Positions 1-11,975 of a stretch of 64,000 nucleotides of DNA are shown here, in pieces. Every line of letters begins with the position of its first letter. Within the stretch, counting starts at the first letter, position 1. The translations under genes and the position numbers were made by a program. Source of the stretch: Prasinococcaceae sp. CCMP 1430. Its lineage: Eukaryota; Plantae; Prasinodermophyta. The stretch spans positions 298,721 through 362,720 of the forward strand of contig RQSC01000011.1 in the NCBI GenBank assembly GCA_013416795.1. The letters are read 5' to 3'. The notes beneath the pieces are model-generated. The model had not been told where the DNA came from. It worked only from the letters and a program-made list of their open reading frames with translations, and did not search any database.

Positions 1-135
1 GGCCACGCGCTCACCGTCGAAGTTGACGACGGTGCCGCCCTTAATGAGCGTCGCCGCGTCGGCGCCCAGCGCATGCGCAGACACGCCGAGCAGCACCACG
101 GCAACGCAGCGGCGAAGTCCTCGCACTGGACCCAT
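1..135 (-). CDS. PYD2: Dihydropyrimidinase/amidohydrolase-family protein, N-terminus only (runs off window start)
   Basis: Not in ORF track. Manual translation from ATG at 135: MGPVRGLRRCVAVVLLGVSAHALGADAATLIKGGTVVNFDGERVA. Hydrophobic signal-like stretch followed by the LIKGGTVVN..G..AD first beta-strand motif of cyclic amidohydrolases. Confidence 0.65.
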   Translation of the reverse strand, partial: MGPVRGLRRCVAVVLLGVSAHALGADAATLIKGGTVVNFDGERVA

Positions 136-454
136 GACTCGGCCCGGACCGTCCACACCCGAGCGCACGGTGTGCGCGGGGGGACGAACGGGGGAGTGGG
201 TGGGTGGGGTGGGGGGAGTGGCAGAGCGTGTGGGCCTGAAGGTGTTGGTTGGTGGGGCGCCGGTGTGTGTGTGTGGAGGGGAGCAGGGGGGGACTTGCCC
301 GCACGCGTCCGCTGCTCTCGCGCGCGCGGCCGTTTCGCCGCGCACCGATTTTCGCGGAACGCATTTCGCCGCGCTGTACGCCGCGCTCGCGCTCCCCGCC
401 CCCATCGCCCGGCACCCGCCGCCCGGCCGCGCTCGCGGAAGGGGCGGCGCTCCC

Positions 455-603
455 NNNNNNNNNNNNNNNNNNNNNNNNNNNNNNNNNNNNNNNNNNNNNN
501 NNNNNNNNNNNNNNNNNNNNNNNNNNNNNNNNNNNNNNNNNNNNNNNNNNNNNNNNNNNNNNNNNNNNNNNNNNNNNNNNNNNNNNNNNNNNNNNNNNNN
601 NNN
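455..603. other. Assembly gap (N run)
   Basis: Run of N in sequence. Confidence 1.
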
Positions 604-681
604 NGAGGGGGCGTACCAGGGGAAGGGGTGAGGTGGAGTGGAGGTAAGACGAGCGGGGGAGGGGGGAAGGGAGTGGGGGGC

Positions 682-3600
682 ATGTCGCAGAGCGCGCATG
701 AGCGTTTCAAGCGCGCGGCAACTGCCGCGCGCGCGGCAGCCGCGCTCGGCGGCGCGCAGCGCTACATCGACATGGACGGCGGGGACGTAGCGGAGGTGCT
801 CGACGGCGCTCCCTTCGACGCAGACGCGACGCCTCGATCACTCAGGCAAAGGAGACCACCGCAGCTGGAGGGCGCGCCTGAGACCCGGACGGGCGTCGCT
901 CAGACGCACGCCAAGCTTCGGAGGATGGTGCGTGGCGCCCGCGCAGCCAGCGCCGGCGCGCCGCTGCACAGTGTGCAGCTCGGAGGGGCGCGGGCGCACG
1001 CGCGCTTCCGCCGCCAAGGTGGGCCCTGACGCGCGAGAGTCACCGCGCCATCGCCACTCCGACCAGGCCGACTTCCAGTGCCACGACTACGATCCCCCCG
1101 ACAACGACGTGCAGGCCGAGGTCCTGCGCGGGCGCACGCTCAACACGTACAAGACCATCGAGGGACTGAAGTGGGTGTACAGCGCGATCATCGGCGTGGT
1201 GATGGGCGTCATCGCTTTCTCGGTCGACAGCGTCATCGAGCACATCAACGAGGTCAAGTTTTCCACGCTGCGCAGCCTCGTGGAGCGTGGCGAGAACGCC
1301 GGCGCATTCATGACCTACCTCCTGATGTGCCTGGTCTTCGCCACGGTGGCGGGCAGCATGGTGAGCTACGTGGAGCCGCTGGCGGCGGGCTCGGGCATCC
1401 CCGAGCTCAAGACGTACCTCAACGGCGTGCACCTGCGCGGTCTGCTGCGCCTAAAAACGCTGCTCGCCAAGGTGGGTGGCATCGTGTTCTCCATCTCAGC
1501 AGGGCTGATCGCGGGCAAGGAGGGGCCCTTCGTGCACGGTGGCGGCCTGGTTGGGGGTGGCATCTCCGCGATGGGATCGCGCGCGCTCTCGTTCGCGCTG
1601 CCGTCGAAATTCGCCACCTACTTCCGCAACGACGCCGACAAGCGCGACTTCGTGGCCATTGGCACAGCCGCGGGCGTTGCGGTGGCCTTCAGCGCGCCAA
1701 TCGGCGGCATGCTTTTCACCATCGAGGAGGGCGCGAGCTTCTTCTCGCAGCGGCTGCTGTGGCGCTCGTTTCTGGCCACGTGCTCGGGCGTCTTCACCGT
1801 GCACTGGCTCAACCAGCTCAAGTGGGACGCGAGCGACTTCCTGCTGGCGCGCTTTGGCACGCACAGGGACTTCGGGCTCTTTACCGACGACCAGGCAGGC
1901 TACTCGGGGATCTTTTGGTGGTACGTGTGGGAGGTGCCCATCTTCGTGCTGATGGGGGCGGCAGGCGGGCTGATGGGCGCAATGTTCATACGCGCCAACG
2001 TGCGCATCACCGTGTGGCGGCAGCGCTTCATTCCCGTCTCGTGCAGACACAGGCGGCTGCTCGAGGTGCTCGTGGTGGCTGGAGTTACCGCGCTGGTGGC
2101 CTTCAGCGCGATGGCGATCAGCCCGTGCGCTCCGTTGCCGCCCGCCATCGCGCGCTTCATGGCGGACCCGAACGCGACGGCGTCTGTCATCGGCGCGGGC
2201 AACCGCTACGAGTACGACGAGAAGACCCTCGCGGACATCGAGGCATTCTACCAGCCGTGGATGTGTCCCGAGGGCACGTACTCGACCAACGGGCAGCTCT
2301 TCGCCTCGCCGCTGAGCCACTCGCTCAAGTACCTCATCCACCTGGGCGAGGTCGCCAAGACCTCGGAAGACGAGGGCGTGCACACCTTCCACGTGGGCTC
2401 GCTGTTCACCTTCTTTGTGCTGATGTTCTTGCTCATGACGTGGACGTACGGCATCGGTGCGCCCGCGGGGCTCTTCGTGCCCTCGCTTGCGGTCGGCGCC
2501 GCCTTCGGCCAGCTGGTTGGGCGGGGCGTCATGTATGCGGCCGAAGCCGACCACCTGAGCGAGAACATCGATCTACACACGTATGCGGTGGTGGGTGCGG
2601 CGGCCATGCTCGGCGGCGCCACGCGCATGACCATATCCATCACGCTGCTGGTCATGGAGACGACCGGCGCTATGGAGCTGATCATCCCGCTCATGCTCTC
2701 CATCTTCACTGCCAAGTGGGTGGGCGACCGCTTCGGCCATGGCATTTACGACGCCCACATTCACATCCGGGGAGCGCCCTTCCTCGAGGAGCACGACGAG
2801 ACAGGCTTCCCCATCGCCGACAAGCTCAGCGCCGGGGAGGTGATGGCGCAGAAGATGATCACCGTGCGCCCCGTCATGCAGGTAGGCGACCTCGTTGAGA
2901 TCCTGCGGACGTGCCAGCACTCGGCCTTCCCGGTGACGGAGCGCCCGCAGGAGAGGGCCGGCGAAGAGGTGGAGCTGCTGGGGCTCGTCATCAGACCCAT
3001 GCTTCTCAACATCCTGCACCGTAGGATAGCCTTCGACGCGCCGGACGTCGGGACGGGCAGGCCCGGCGCGTCGGACGCGGAGGCGTCGCAGAGCCCGGGA
3101 GCTGGCCGCCGCGCCGGCAGGCGCGCCTCGCTGTTCAGCTCCAATGACGAAAGGGACAGGCTGCTCGAAGCGCTCAAGTCCATCCCTTTCAAGCCCCCGC
3201 ACGCGGAGGACCTGGTCCTTCAGGGCCACGAGCTGGAGTGCACCATCGACCTGCGCCCTTTCATGCAGCGCCACCCCTTCGTGGTGCCTGCCGACGCGCG
3301 GCTGTCGCGCGCCTACCGCCAGTTTCGCACGCTGGGCCTGCGGCACATGTTCGTGGCGCCCGAGCGCCCGCGCATCGTGGGCATGCTCACGCGCAAGGAC
3401 CTCATCCTCGAAAACGCGCAACTCACGCTGCTGGAGAAGGCCGCCGATAGCGCCAAGTCGGGTGTATCGTCGAGCTACGACCTGCCCTTCGTGCCGTACT
3501 ACCAAAACACGGAAGGCGACAGACACAGGAGCCGCTCGTACGGCGGAGAGGACGACACGGAGGGCTTCGGGGGGCTGAGCGGGGCGCGCGCGCGCTCGCG

Positions 3601-3709
3601 AGGCGGCGGCGGCGGCGGGAACAGGCGCGGGAGCGGGGAAGTCGAGGGCATCAGGCTTCAGGAGTTCTCCGACGTCGGGGCATCGTCGCTCGCCAACGTC
3701 GACCTCTAG
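682..3709 (+). CDS. CLC: CLC family chloride/H+ antiporter with C-terminal CBS pair (exons 682-927, 1019-3709)
   Basis: GSGIPE, GKEGP (gating Glu), LFTIEE (proton Glu), GLFVP, GIYD motifs; CBS-like C-terminus. GTGCGT...CAAG intron 928-1018 joins ATG 682 in frame. Confidence 0.95.
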
Positions 3710-3979
3710 ACCGTTAAACGTCCTGTAACGTGCATGCGCCTACTCACGGCGTGGCGTGGGGTGGGGTGGGGTGGGGGGCAAGTCCACAGCGAGTCGCGAG
3801 CAGCGCCCGTGCTGGACGGGCGCGCGCGCTTTGGGCCCCGCGCCTTGCCATCGATTGCATGCCCAAATTACACGGCAGCGAGCGAACACATTTCTACGCG
3901 CGCAGAACGCCGGCGACTGAGGTGCTATCCATCAGAAGGCAGCTGCGCGAGGAGTGGTGCACATGGCGCGGGCCGCGCG

Positions 3980-5029
3980 TTACCGGTTGTTGTTGTTCAG
4001 AAGCACGCTGGTGTGGATGCTCCTCATGGCCTGCGGCTGCGTCGGAGCTACCCCAACGCCCCTGCTGATTGGCACCCTGCCGCCGTGCTGCTGCTGCGCG
4101 TGGTGCTGGGCAATCAGCACCCTCTCCTCCTCGCGGTGGCGGTAGATCGCCGCCGTGCGGCGCAGCTCCTCGTTCTCGCGGCGCAACATCGCGTTCTCGC
4201 TCTCCTTCAGCGCCAGCTGCGTCGCGAGCTTCTGCGCCTGGGAGACGGCGGCCGATTGCTTTTGGCGCGCGCGCCTGTTCTGAAACCAGGTAGACAGCTT
4301 GCTCTCGCTGAGGCCGAGGGTCTCGGAGAGCAGAACCCTGTCGGCGGGAGAGGGCCGCGGGCTCACCTCGAAGGCGGCTTCGAGTCCCTTCACTTGCGCG
4401 TATTCAAACTTGGTGCGGTGGTTCTTGCGCGCCTTGCCGCCCCTGCCCTTCTTAGCACCCTCGTGGTTCTCGGCCGTGCCTGCCGTGGCAGTGCCGCCGT
4501 CGCTCGTCGCTGAGCCACCGTCCTTACTGTTGGTGTCCTGCTTGGTGCTGGCTGCGGCATTGCCCCCGCTGTTTTTGACGGCCTTGGCCTCCGAGTGCGC
4601 CAGCTCGTTGCCGCCGCCGGCCGCTGTCTGCCTGCCGGTGACGGGCTTGTCGCGCCTTGGATCGCGTCTGCTGGAGGCCCTCTTCGGGGTCGGCGGGGAA
4701 TTCTCGGCGTTGATGATCGCCTGTTGCGCGGCGCGCGCGGCGGCGTGCGCAAGCTCGCTCGGGACGCCAGCATCATGATGTACGGCGGCCGTAGTCTGGA
4801 ACGCCCGCGGTAACGCAAAACCCCCGTTTCCCATGTTGGCCGGCGAGAATCGACCGGGTGGCACAGCAAAGTGGGGTGGGGGCGGGGGCGGCAGCACCGA
4901 CGCGCCTGCGGCGGGTGCCTCGCTGGCGTAGGGGACGTGGTCTGGCGCGGCACCCTCTCCCGCCGTCCCCGCGTCTGGGTCGGTCTCGCCCTTCCCTTGG
5001 TTGCGAGTGACGGGTGCGTTGGTGTCCAT
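3980..5029 (-). CDS. Homeodomain protein with adjacent leucine-zipper-like coiled coil (HD-Zip-like)
   Basis: RKNHRTKF...LEAAFEVSPRPS...L...LGLSESKLSTWFQNRRARQKQ homeodomain (~4253-4429), then KLATQLALKESENAMLRRENEEL. Start at ATG 5029 is the most plausible, not certain. Confidence 0.85.
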   Translation of the reverse strand: MDTNAPVTRNQGKGETDPDAGTAGEGAAPDHVPYASEAPAAGASVLPPPPPPHFAVPPGRFSPANMGNGGFALPRAFQTTAAVHHDAGVPSELAHAAARAAQQAIINAENSPPTPKRASSRRDPRRDKPVTGRQTAAGGGNELAHSEAKAVKNSGGNAAASTKQDTNSKDGGSATSDGGTATAGTAENHEGAKKGRGGKARKNHRTKFEYAQVKGLEAAFEVSPRPSPADRVLLSETLGLSESKLSTWFQNRRARQKQSAAVSQAQKLATQLALKESENAMLRRENEELRRTAAIYRHREEERVLIAQHHAQQQHGGRVPISRGVGVAPTQPQAMRSIHTSVLLNNNNR

Positions 5030-6255
5030 CAGGCACATGCACCCGTACGCTGTGACCCAATAGTCACGCCCGTGCGTTCGCGCGCGCGTGTGAAGGGGGT
5101 GATGTGCACAGCAAGTTAGAGCGGGCCACCCCCGACACATTAGGGTGCCAAAAAACGCGGCGATTCTCGAGCCGCCCACGCGCGCTGCGATGCTCCCGTG
5201 CGGGATGGCACAGCCGAGCGGGCAAAGACGGGCGGAGCGCTCGCCAGATGACGCATGACGCTCTGGGCGCGCTCGCGGTGGCACTGCCGGAGCTCTGGCA
5301 GCACGCTCAAGGTGCTTTGCGCGCTCGCGCGCGCCCGCCGGCCCGCGCGCCAGTGCGGCCGCGCAAAAAATGGCAGCGCGCGCGCGTGGCCGAGCTCTTG
5401 CGGCTGCACAACGCAGATGGGTGCGGCGCGCCTGAAGGGCTGCGGCGCATGCAGGCGCTTTCCCCCCTTCCCCTCGTTTCTCCCCCCGCCCGCCCGCGCG
5501 CGTCCTCACCTCTGCGCCCGTCTTAGCGCGTCCTGCCGCGGCAGGGGTCACAGCGTCGGGGGATGTGCGGTGGGGGGAGGCCCGCGAGGCGCGCGGTGTG
5601 GCCCGCGCCGCCCAATCGGCGCGAAGTTGTAACATGCGCGCGCGCGCCCGCGCGCCGGCGGACCTTCTTGCCCGAAGGATTCGGCAACGAGGCACCCGCG
5701 CGCCGGCGCGAGCGCGCGCCCCCGGCGGCGCCGCGGATCGCGCTCACGGCCGCGTGATCTCTCCGATTTTTCTGGCGCCGAAAATGATTGAAAAGATCAT
5801 CATCGTGCGGCGCATGGCGGGCGTGTGCGAAATGCACGCCGGAATTCCGCGGATTTCACACGTGCGGACGAGGGTTCGTTCTGTGGGCGCATCGTCGACT
5901 CTTTGACGACCGCGGGCAGCTGCGACGCGGTTTGCACGAGGCACGGTTGCGAAGCGCTCCGAAGTGCTCTGTGGGGGACCACTAAGGCGCACTCATTGCG
6001 TGCGCGCACTGAGTGGCGCGGCGCCCCGTTTTGCCGGCGCGTGGCCCCGGCCGGGGGGGCGCGTATGCGCGTCTGGGCGCGCGGCGCGCGCNCACTCCGT
6101 GTGCGTCGCGGCGCGCTCTCGGCAACCGCCTCGCCGTCCTTGCCGCCCACCCCCTACCTCCGGTCGGTGCAGCGACGCGCCGGGGCTCACCGCGGGCGGC
6201 CGCGTCTCTCGGCGCGCGCGCCCCTCGGCACGCGCGTGCGTACCGCCGCGTCGCC

Positions 6256-7126
6256 ATGTCCGACGATGGCGACAAGAAGATAGATATGGCCGACATCTTC
6301 GGCGACTCGGACTCGGACGACGACGGAGCCGCGGCGCCAGACCTGGGGGCGGATGGCGGGGAGGACGCCGAGCAAGTGTTGGCTGAGCTCGCGGACTCCG
6401 ACGACGATGGTGCCGGCGCCGCTGGCGCCGGCGCGGGCGCTGCACCGCGCGCCGCGGCGCCGCCCATCGAGTTTGACGCGCCATACGAGCCCAACCCTAG
6501 CGCGGACGAACCCGGTGGCGGCGACCTCTCGCTCGCGCGCCTCACGAACGTGATCGCGTTCGAGGAGAACCCGTTCGATGCGGACACCTTCGAGAAGGAG
6601 GAGGAGGTCGTCATCGACCCCGAGACTGGCGCGCAGCGCATGCGCCTGCGCTCGACGAACGTGGTGCGGTGGAGGGTGAAGGTGCGTGCGCCGCGCCGCC
6701 CACGCTCCTGTGCCCAACCTCGTGAGAGGAGGATGCTTGGCCGCTGAAGCCACAGCGTGACTGCGCGTGCGTGTGTGTGCGTCACGAACCTGGATCGATC
6801 GCGTACTTACGCTCTTGGCGCATGCGCCCTGCCGCCGTGCCTCGCAGCCGGGCGAGAAGCCGGGCGAGAAGCCGAGTATCGAAAGCAACGCGCGGATGGT
6901 GCGCTGGTCCGACGGGACCACACAGCTGCTGGTGGGCGATGAGGCGTTCAACGTGACCACCAATAGCATCGTTGGCGAGCACAACCACCTGTTCTTGCGC
7001 ACGGCCACCGTGCTCACCGCGCGCCCGCCGCTCGCCGCCGCCCGCGCCTCGGTGGCACAGCGTGTCGATGCCGAGAGCGTGGCTGTGTCGATGAAGTACA
7101 GTACAAAGTCTGATCGCACACAGTAG
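6256..7126 (+). CDS. LEO1: LEO1-like PAF1 complex subunit (exons 6256-6681, 6848-7126); C-terminus looks short
   Basis: Acidic N-terminus MADIFGDSDSDDD; Leo1-domain motifs NPFDADTF, NVVRWR, SNARMVRWSDGTTQLLVGDE, HNHLFLR; GTGCGT/GCAG intron in phase 0. Confidence 0.85.
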
Positions 7127-7415
7127 CTATATCCATAAGAAGGAAGCGCCGCCAGCCGGGCGGCACTGCGCGCCCGGCGCGCGCAAGGGCGGGGAAAGGG
7201 AGGGAAAGGGGGCCGTGACCGACCGGGACGAAAGAAAGCCGACCCGCGCGCGGCAAGGCCCTCCGTGGCCTCCAGCTCGCCCGCCTGGGCGGGCGCCCAG
7301 CCGGCCGGCCGGCCGCCAGCCAGTGCCTGCGCCTGGCCGCCTCAGCGCGCGCGGCGTTCACAGCTCCGCGGCGATTCTGCGCACGCCTCTTTTTCCCCCG
7401 GCATTGCGCAAAACG

Positions 7416-8112
7416 ATGAGCTGGCAGGCTTACATGTGCGTGGCCTAGAGGGTGGGGCGGGCGCCGCGCTCCCCCCCCGCTCTCTCGTTCTCTCTCTCTC
7501 TCGCTCGCTCGCAGAGAGCGCTCGCCTGCGCGGTGCTGACGCGCCGTCGTCGCCGTCGAATCGCAGCGACCAGCTCCTGGAGGGAGGGAACGTGAGGCGC
7601 GCGTGCATCTGCGGCCTCGGCGACGGGCAGCCATGGGCGACCAGCGCGGGGGTCGGCGTCACCCCGGATGAAGCGAAGGACCTCGTGAAGGGCCTGGGTG
7701 CGTAGCGGCGTGGCTCTGGCGGCAACACTGGGTGCCCTGCGGTCGCAGCGCTGCGTGTCACTCCGGTCATGCGTCTCTGCTGCGCGATGGCGCCGGCGCT
7801 GACGTCCTGCGACTCGCAATCAACGTCGCGCGCGCGGGCGCCCCACCGACGCCCGGGCGTGGACCACCTCCGCCTCGTGCAGACGACCACGCGCTGGTGT
7901 ACGCGAACGGGGTGCACGTTGAGGGCAAGCGCTACACAGTCGTCAGCGCGGGCGACCACGAGCTCCACGCCAAGTCGGGCGCGGCGGGCGTGCTGGTGGC
8001 TCGCACGTGCCTGGCGCTCGTGATAGCGTTCTACGACGCCGAGCAGCGCGCCGAGAGCTGCAACGCCACCCTCTTGGCGCTCACCGACTACCTGCGGTCG
8101 TGCAGCTACTAG
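7416..8112 (+). CDS. PRF: Profilin (exons 7416-7435, 7567-7697, 7883-8112)
   Basis: Spliced product MSWQAYIDQLLEGGNVRRACICGLGDGQPWATS...GVHVEGKRYTVV...GVLVARTCLALVIAFYD...LTDYLRSCSY; both introns are GTGCGT...CAG with matching phases. Confidence 0.92.
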
Positions 8113-8809
8113 AGGAGAGAGGACGGACGCACTGCGCGTACAACGAGGGGGGTGACTCTCGTCCCTCCTCGCCCCTCCGTGTCGACGTTGGTACCCTGGA
8201 TCTCGTGGATGTGTCGCACACCCCCGAGGCTGGAGAGCGAGCTGCTCCAGCGAGCGCCTTCTCTCTCGCGCGAGAGAGGGCAAGCGAGCGCGAGCGCGAG
8301 CGCCTCCGCCTGAGCCCGCGCCGTTCTCCCGAGCACACACCGTCATGATGGTTGTCTACTAGCTAGTACTACTGTATTTGTACTGCGGACAATCAAAATG
8401 CGTGCGCGCGCGCCGCGCCCCCCCTCGAATCCCTCCTTCCTCAGCTTTGGCTCTGGGTCGCATCCGCATCCGCCGCATCCGCCGCCCTCCCCAACCGCTC
8501 GACCCACTCGTCTCGCAGACCCTCTCAAGCAATCAATACCATCCGCATGGTATCATCGATCGATGGTACCGTATCGCCCTCTTCTCGCGCTCGCTGCTGC
8601 GCTGCTGCGCGCTGCGCCCGCCCGCCCGCGCGGCGGCGGCCAAGCGGCTGTTGCTGTTGCGTTGGGGCAGGCGCGGCGCGGCNAAGGGCACGCGGAAGTG
8701 CGGCGGTGCCGTCGCCGCGGCGTCGCCTAAACCCTAACGCGCCGCGCCGCGCAGCCCCCCTCCCCCCCCCTTTCCTCTCCCCCGTCCACCCACCCTCCCT
8801 CCGCCGGCG

Positions 8810-10537
8810 ATGGGCGCGCTGCGCGACTTCGCCGTGTCGTGGGCGCGCGCGCGCCGCGACGACCTCGAGCGGCGCCTGCAGCAGCACGCCCACGACGCCG
8901 CACGCACGCGCGTGCCGTTCGGCGCGCCGAGGCTCGTCAAGGGATCACACAGGGTCGCGAAGATCATCTCCGCGCTCGCACCCGAGCACCACGCGCGCAA
9001 GACGACCGCCGCAGCGGCCGCGGTGACGGCGCGAGCGGTGGCGCAGAAGCGCCGCGCCGCCTCTGGGACCGCCTCGGGGGGCGCCGCGGCGGCTGCGAGC
9101 GGCGCTGGCCGCGGCGGCGCGGCGGACGCGGGGCCCGCGTTCGTAGCCTCGGGCGACGGGGAAAAAGGCGAGGACGAGCCGCTGTACGCGAGCCAGCTCG
9201 CGCGCTGGCTCCGCCCGCTGGTGATTGGCGCCGTGGGCTTCTCCGGCCGGGCGTGGCTCACCGTTTTCAACCGCTTCGAGGCACACGGCACCGAGCACCT
9301 CCTGAGGGCCCTGCACGAGCGACCCGCCGGGACTCCGCTCATGACGGTTAGCAATCACGTGGCTGCCCTGGACGACCCCTTCATCCCGTCGACGCTGGTG
9401 CCCGCAGAGCGGCTGCTCACCGCCGACCGGATGCGCTGGACGCTGTGCGCCGCCGAGAACTGCTTCCGTACCGACTTCACGCGCTGCTTCTTTGCGGCGG
9501 GCAAGGCCGTGCCCGTCGAGCGCGGCGCGGGCGCCGACCAGGCCGGCATGCGCGAGATGCGCGACCGCCTCGCGGACGGGGAGTGGGTGCACATCTTCCC
9601 GGAGGGGACTCGATCGCGGGACGGCGGCGCCACTCTCACGCGCGCCAAGCGCGGCGTGGGCTGGCTCGCGGACGCCGCCGAGCGCAAGGGCGGCGTGGCG
9701 CCGCTGATCGTGCCGTACGTGCACGACGGCATGCAGCACGTGCAACCGCGGCGTACAAAGGTGCCGCGCGTGGGCAACACGGTGAGGGTGCTCATGGGGG
9801 AGCCGATCGACGTGTCCGACCTATTCGAGGAGAGGAGGGAGAGGGAGCGAGCGGCCGCCAGGGCGAGCGAGGCGGCACGCGCAGGAATGAGTCGCGCCGG
9901 CACACAAAGGAGCGGCCTCGGCGAGGGTGGCGACGACGGCGCGACGGCGGCGGCCGCCGCACTGAGCGCTGAGGCGATGCGCGCGGCCGACCTCGCGCTG
10001 CAAGATGCCATCGCCACGCGCTGCGACGCGGCGATGCGCGTGCTGCACGAGCGGCTGCACTGTGGACTCGAGGCTGAGGCAGGGGCGTCGGCCTGGCGCA
10101 CGGCCGTGCCCGAGGGGGTATGGGAGCGCACACTGCCTGATCAGGCGGGGGCGGCCGCATGGGCGGGGGCGGCAGCCGCCGCGCCCGCGCGCACGCAGTC
10201 GCACGCGCAGCAGCGACGCCGCCTGGTGCAATGGCAGTGGCAGCAGGACATCAAACACCTCGTGCAGCGCCAGAGCATGCACCTGGACAACTACGCGGAG
10301 TCACCATGGACACACGCCCGCTCGCTGCTCGCCTGGGGAGCACCCACGCCGTTCGCGGCGACGGCGCTCTCAATGGGCGGGGCGCACGCGCGGCCGCGGC
10401 TGTCGCTCTGGCGGGCGCTCCTCGAGGAAGGGGTGCTGCCTGAGGGCGGCAGGACACTCGCGTCCCTGCTCGACGCGCCTGGGGCGACCGACGCGGGAGC
10501 CACCATCGCACTCGCACCGCCAAGCGCCGCCATGTAA
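8810..10537 (+). CDS. TAZ: Tafazzin-like lysophospholipid acyltransferase
   Basis: TVSNHVAALDDP (HX4D), RWTLCAAENCF, WVHIFPEG motifs. Confidence 0.9.
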   Translation: MGALRDFAVSWARARRDDLERRLQQHAHDAARTRVPFGAPRLVKGSHRVAKIISALAPEHHARKTTAAAAAVTARAVAQKRRAASGTASGGAAAAASGAGRGGAADAGPAFVASGDGEKGEDEPLYASQLARWLRPLVIGAVGFSGRAWLTVFNRFEAHGTEHLLRALHERPAGTPLMTVSNHVAALDDPFIPSTLVPAERLLTADRMRWTLCAAENCFRTDFTRCFFAAGKAVPVERGAGADQAGMREMRDRLADGEWVHIFPEGTRSRDGGATLTRAKRGVGWLADAAERKGGVAPLIVPYVHDGMQHVQPRRTKVPRVGNTVRVLMGEPIDVSDLFEERRERERAAARASEAARAGMSRAGTQRSGLGEGGDDGATAAAAALSAEAMRAADLALQDAIATRCDAAMRVLHERLHCGLEAEAGASAWRTAVPEGVWERTLPDQAGAAAWAGAAAAAPARTQSHAQQRRRLVQWQWQQDIKHLVQRQSMHLDNYAESPWTHARSLLAWGAPTPFAATALSMGGAHARPRLSLWRALLEEGVLPEGGRTLASLLDAPGATDAGATIALAPPSAAM

Positions 10538-10692
10538 AGTATCACTTTTGAACGCTCCATGCCGCTTTGAGAGCTCTGTCCTCGGGACACGCCGTCGGCC
10601 CACGCGAGCGCTCCGCCAGAGCGCGCGCTGCCGCGCGCCGCGCGCGCGACGCGCGCGAGCGCGCGCGCTGCGTGGCGCGTCACCGGCCAACG

Positions 10693-11975
10693 ATGCCGTC
10701 GTGCCCCACCCAGCCGCGGCCGCAGCCGCAATGCAAACGGCACCTGCTTGGTCGCGGTGGTGGCTCTTCGAGGGGCGCAAGCGCCGTTCTCGACGCAAGC
10801 GAGGCTTGCGTTGGCGGCGCCCTGCACGTGCTTGGCCCCGTGCTCGCGTTGGTCGTCGCGTGCATAGCAACGGGCGCCGCGCTCACCTGGGCGACGGACG
10901 TGCTACCGTGGTATGCGTCCAACCGTGGCACCCTTGCGGCGAGCGTGCAAGCCGTGGTGGCGCTCATGATGCTCGCTGGCACGCTCACGAGCTACGCGAC
11001 GGTCTCGCGGACGCCCGCGGGTGTCGTGCCTGAAACGTACCGTCCTCCGCTGCGGGTGCGCCTCGCGGCGCAGAACGATGGGAGGGAGGCGTACGCGCCG
11101 TACTGGTGCCACGAATGCGAGCGGTTCCGTCCCAAGGCCGCTGCGCACTGCGGTGCGTGCGGCGTATGCGTCGCGCGCCACGACCACCACTGCCCGTGGA
11201 TCAACAACTGCGTGGGTGCGCGCAACCACGCGGCCTTTCTGCGCTTCCTGCTCTGGACTCAAGCGAGCGCTCTCTACGTCACCGCCGCCACGACGCCAAT
11301 AGTGGAGCACAGCGTTCGCGGTGGGGTGGCTGCAATCGCGCGCGCTGCGATCACCTTTGGCGGGCCCGGCGTCCACGTTCGACGCAGCGCAGCGACGGCG
11401 CCCCTCGGCGCGTTCGTGCTCGCGTGCGCGCTCGGCGCTGCGCTCGCGCTCTTCATTTCGGTGCACCTGTTCCTGGCGTGCACAAATCAGACGAGCGCGG
11501 AGTTCTCTGACAACAAGGAGGAACGGCGGAGAGCCAAGGTGAGACTGGGGACGGAGCGCCAGAGGCCGTGCGCTTCGATGCGTGCGCGTGCGCGCGGGTG
11601 AGCGCGCGCACCTTGCCACCCATCGCTCGTTTGCGAGGCCACGATCGTCGCCCCACAGCCGTCTGGCTGCGCTGACCCCCTGCGCGCCGTGCGGGGCGTG
11701 CGCCTGCCTGTGCGCGCTTGTCCCCATGGCCCTCACACCCACGCCCGCAGCTGAAGGGTGAGGACGCATGGGTGAATCCCCACGATCTCGGCAGCGTCTG
11801 GAAGAACCTGGCGTCGACGCTCGGCGTGGACCCGCGGGCTGCGACGGTGGCGGCGGTCGCATGGGCAGCGGTCTGGCCGCTAGCTGAGCCGGGCAGGCAC
11901 GGGGAGGCGGATCGCGCCGTGGCAGAGGACGCACGCACACACGACGGTGTGGCCGCCCTCGACGCGGTCGTTTAA
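10693..11975 (+). CDS. DHHC protein S-acyltransferase (exons 10693-11538, 11751-11975)
   Basis: CHECERFRPKAAAHCGACGVCVARHDHHCPWINNCVG, TM segments, NQTSAE (TTxE-like), spliced NPHDLG motif. Confidence 0.92.

Noticed and set aside
1040-3526. Numerous long antisense and alternative-frame Arg/Ala/Pro-rich ORFs throughout the window
   Set aside because: Expected shadows of GC3-biased coding sequence; no recognisable motifs.
682-3709. Unusual CLC selectivity (nitrate-type or channel-type)
   Set aside because: GSGIPE serine, gating Glu and proton Glu are all canonical, indicating an ordinary Cl-/H+ antiporter.
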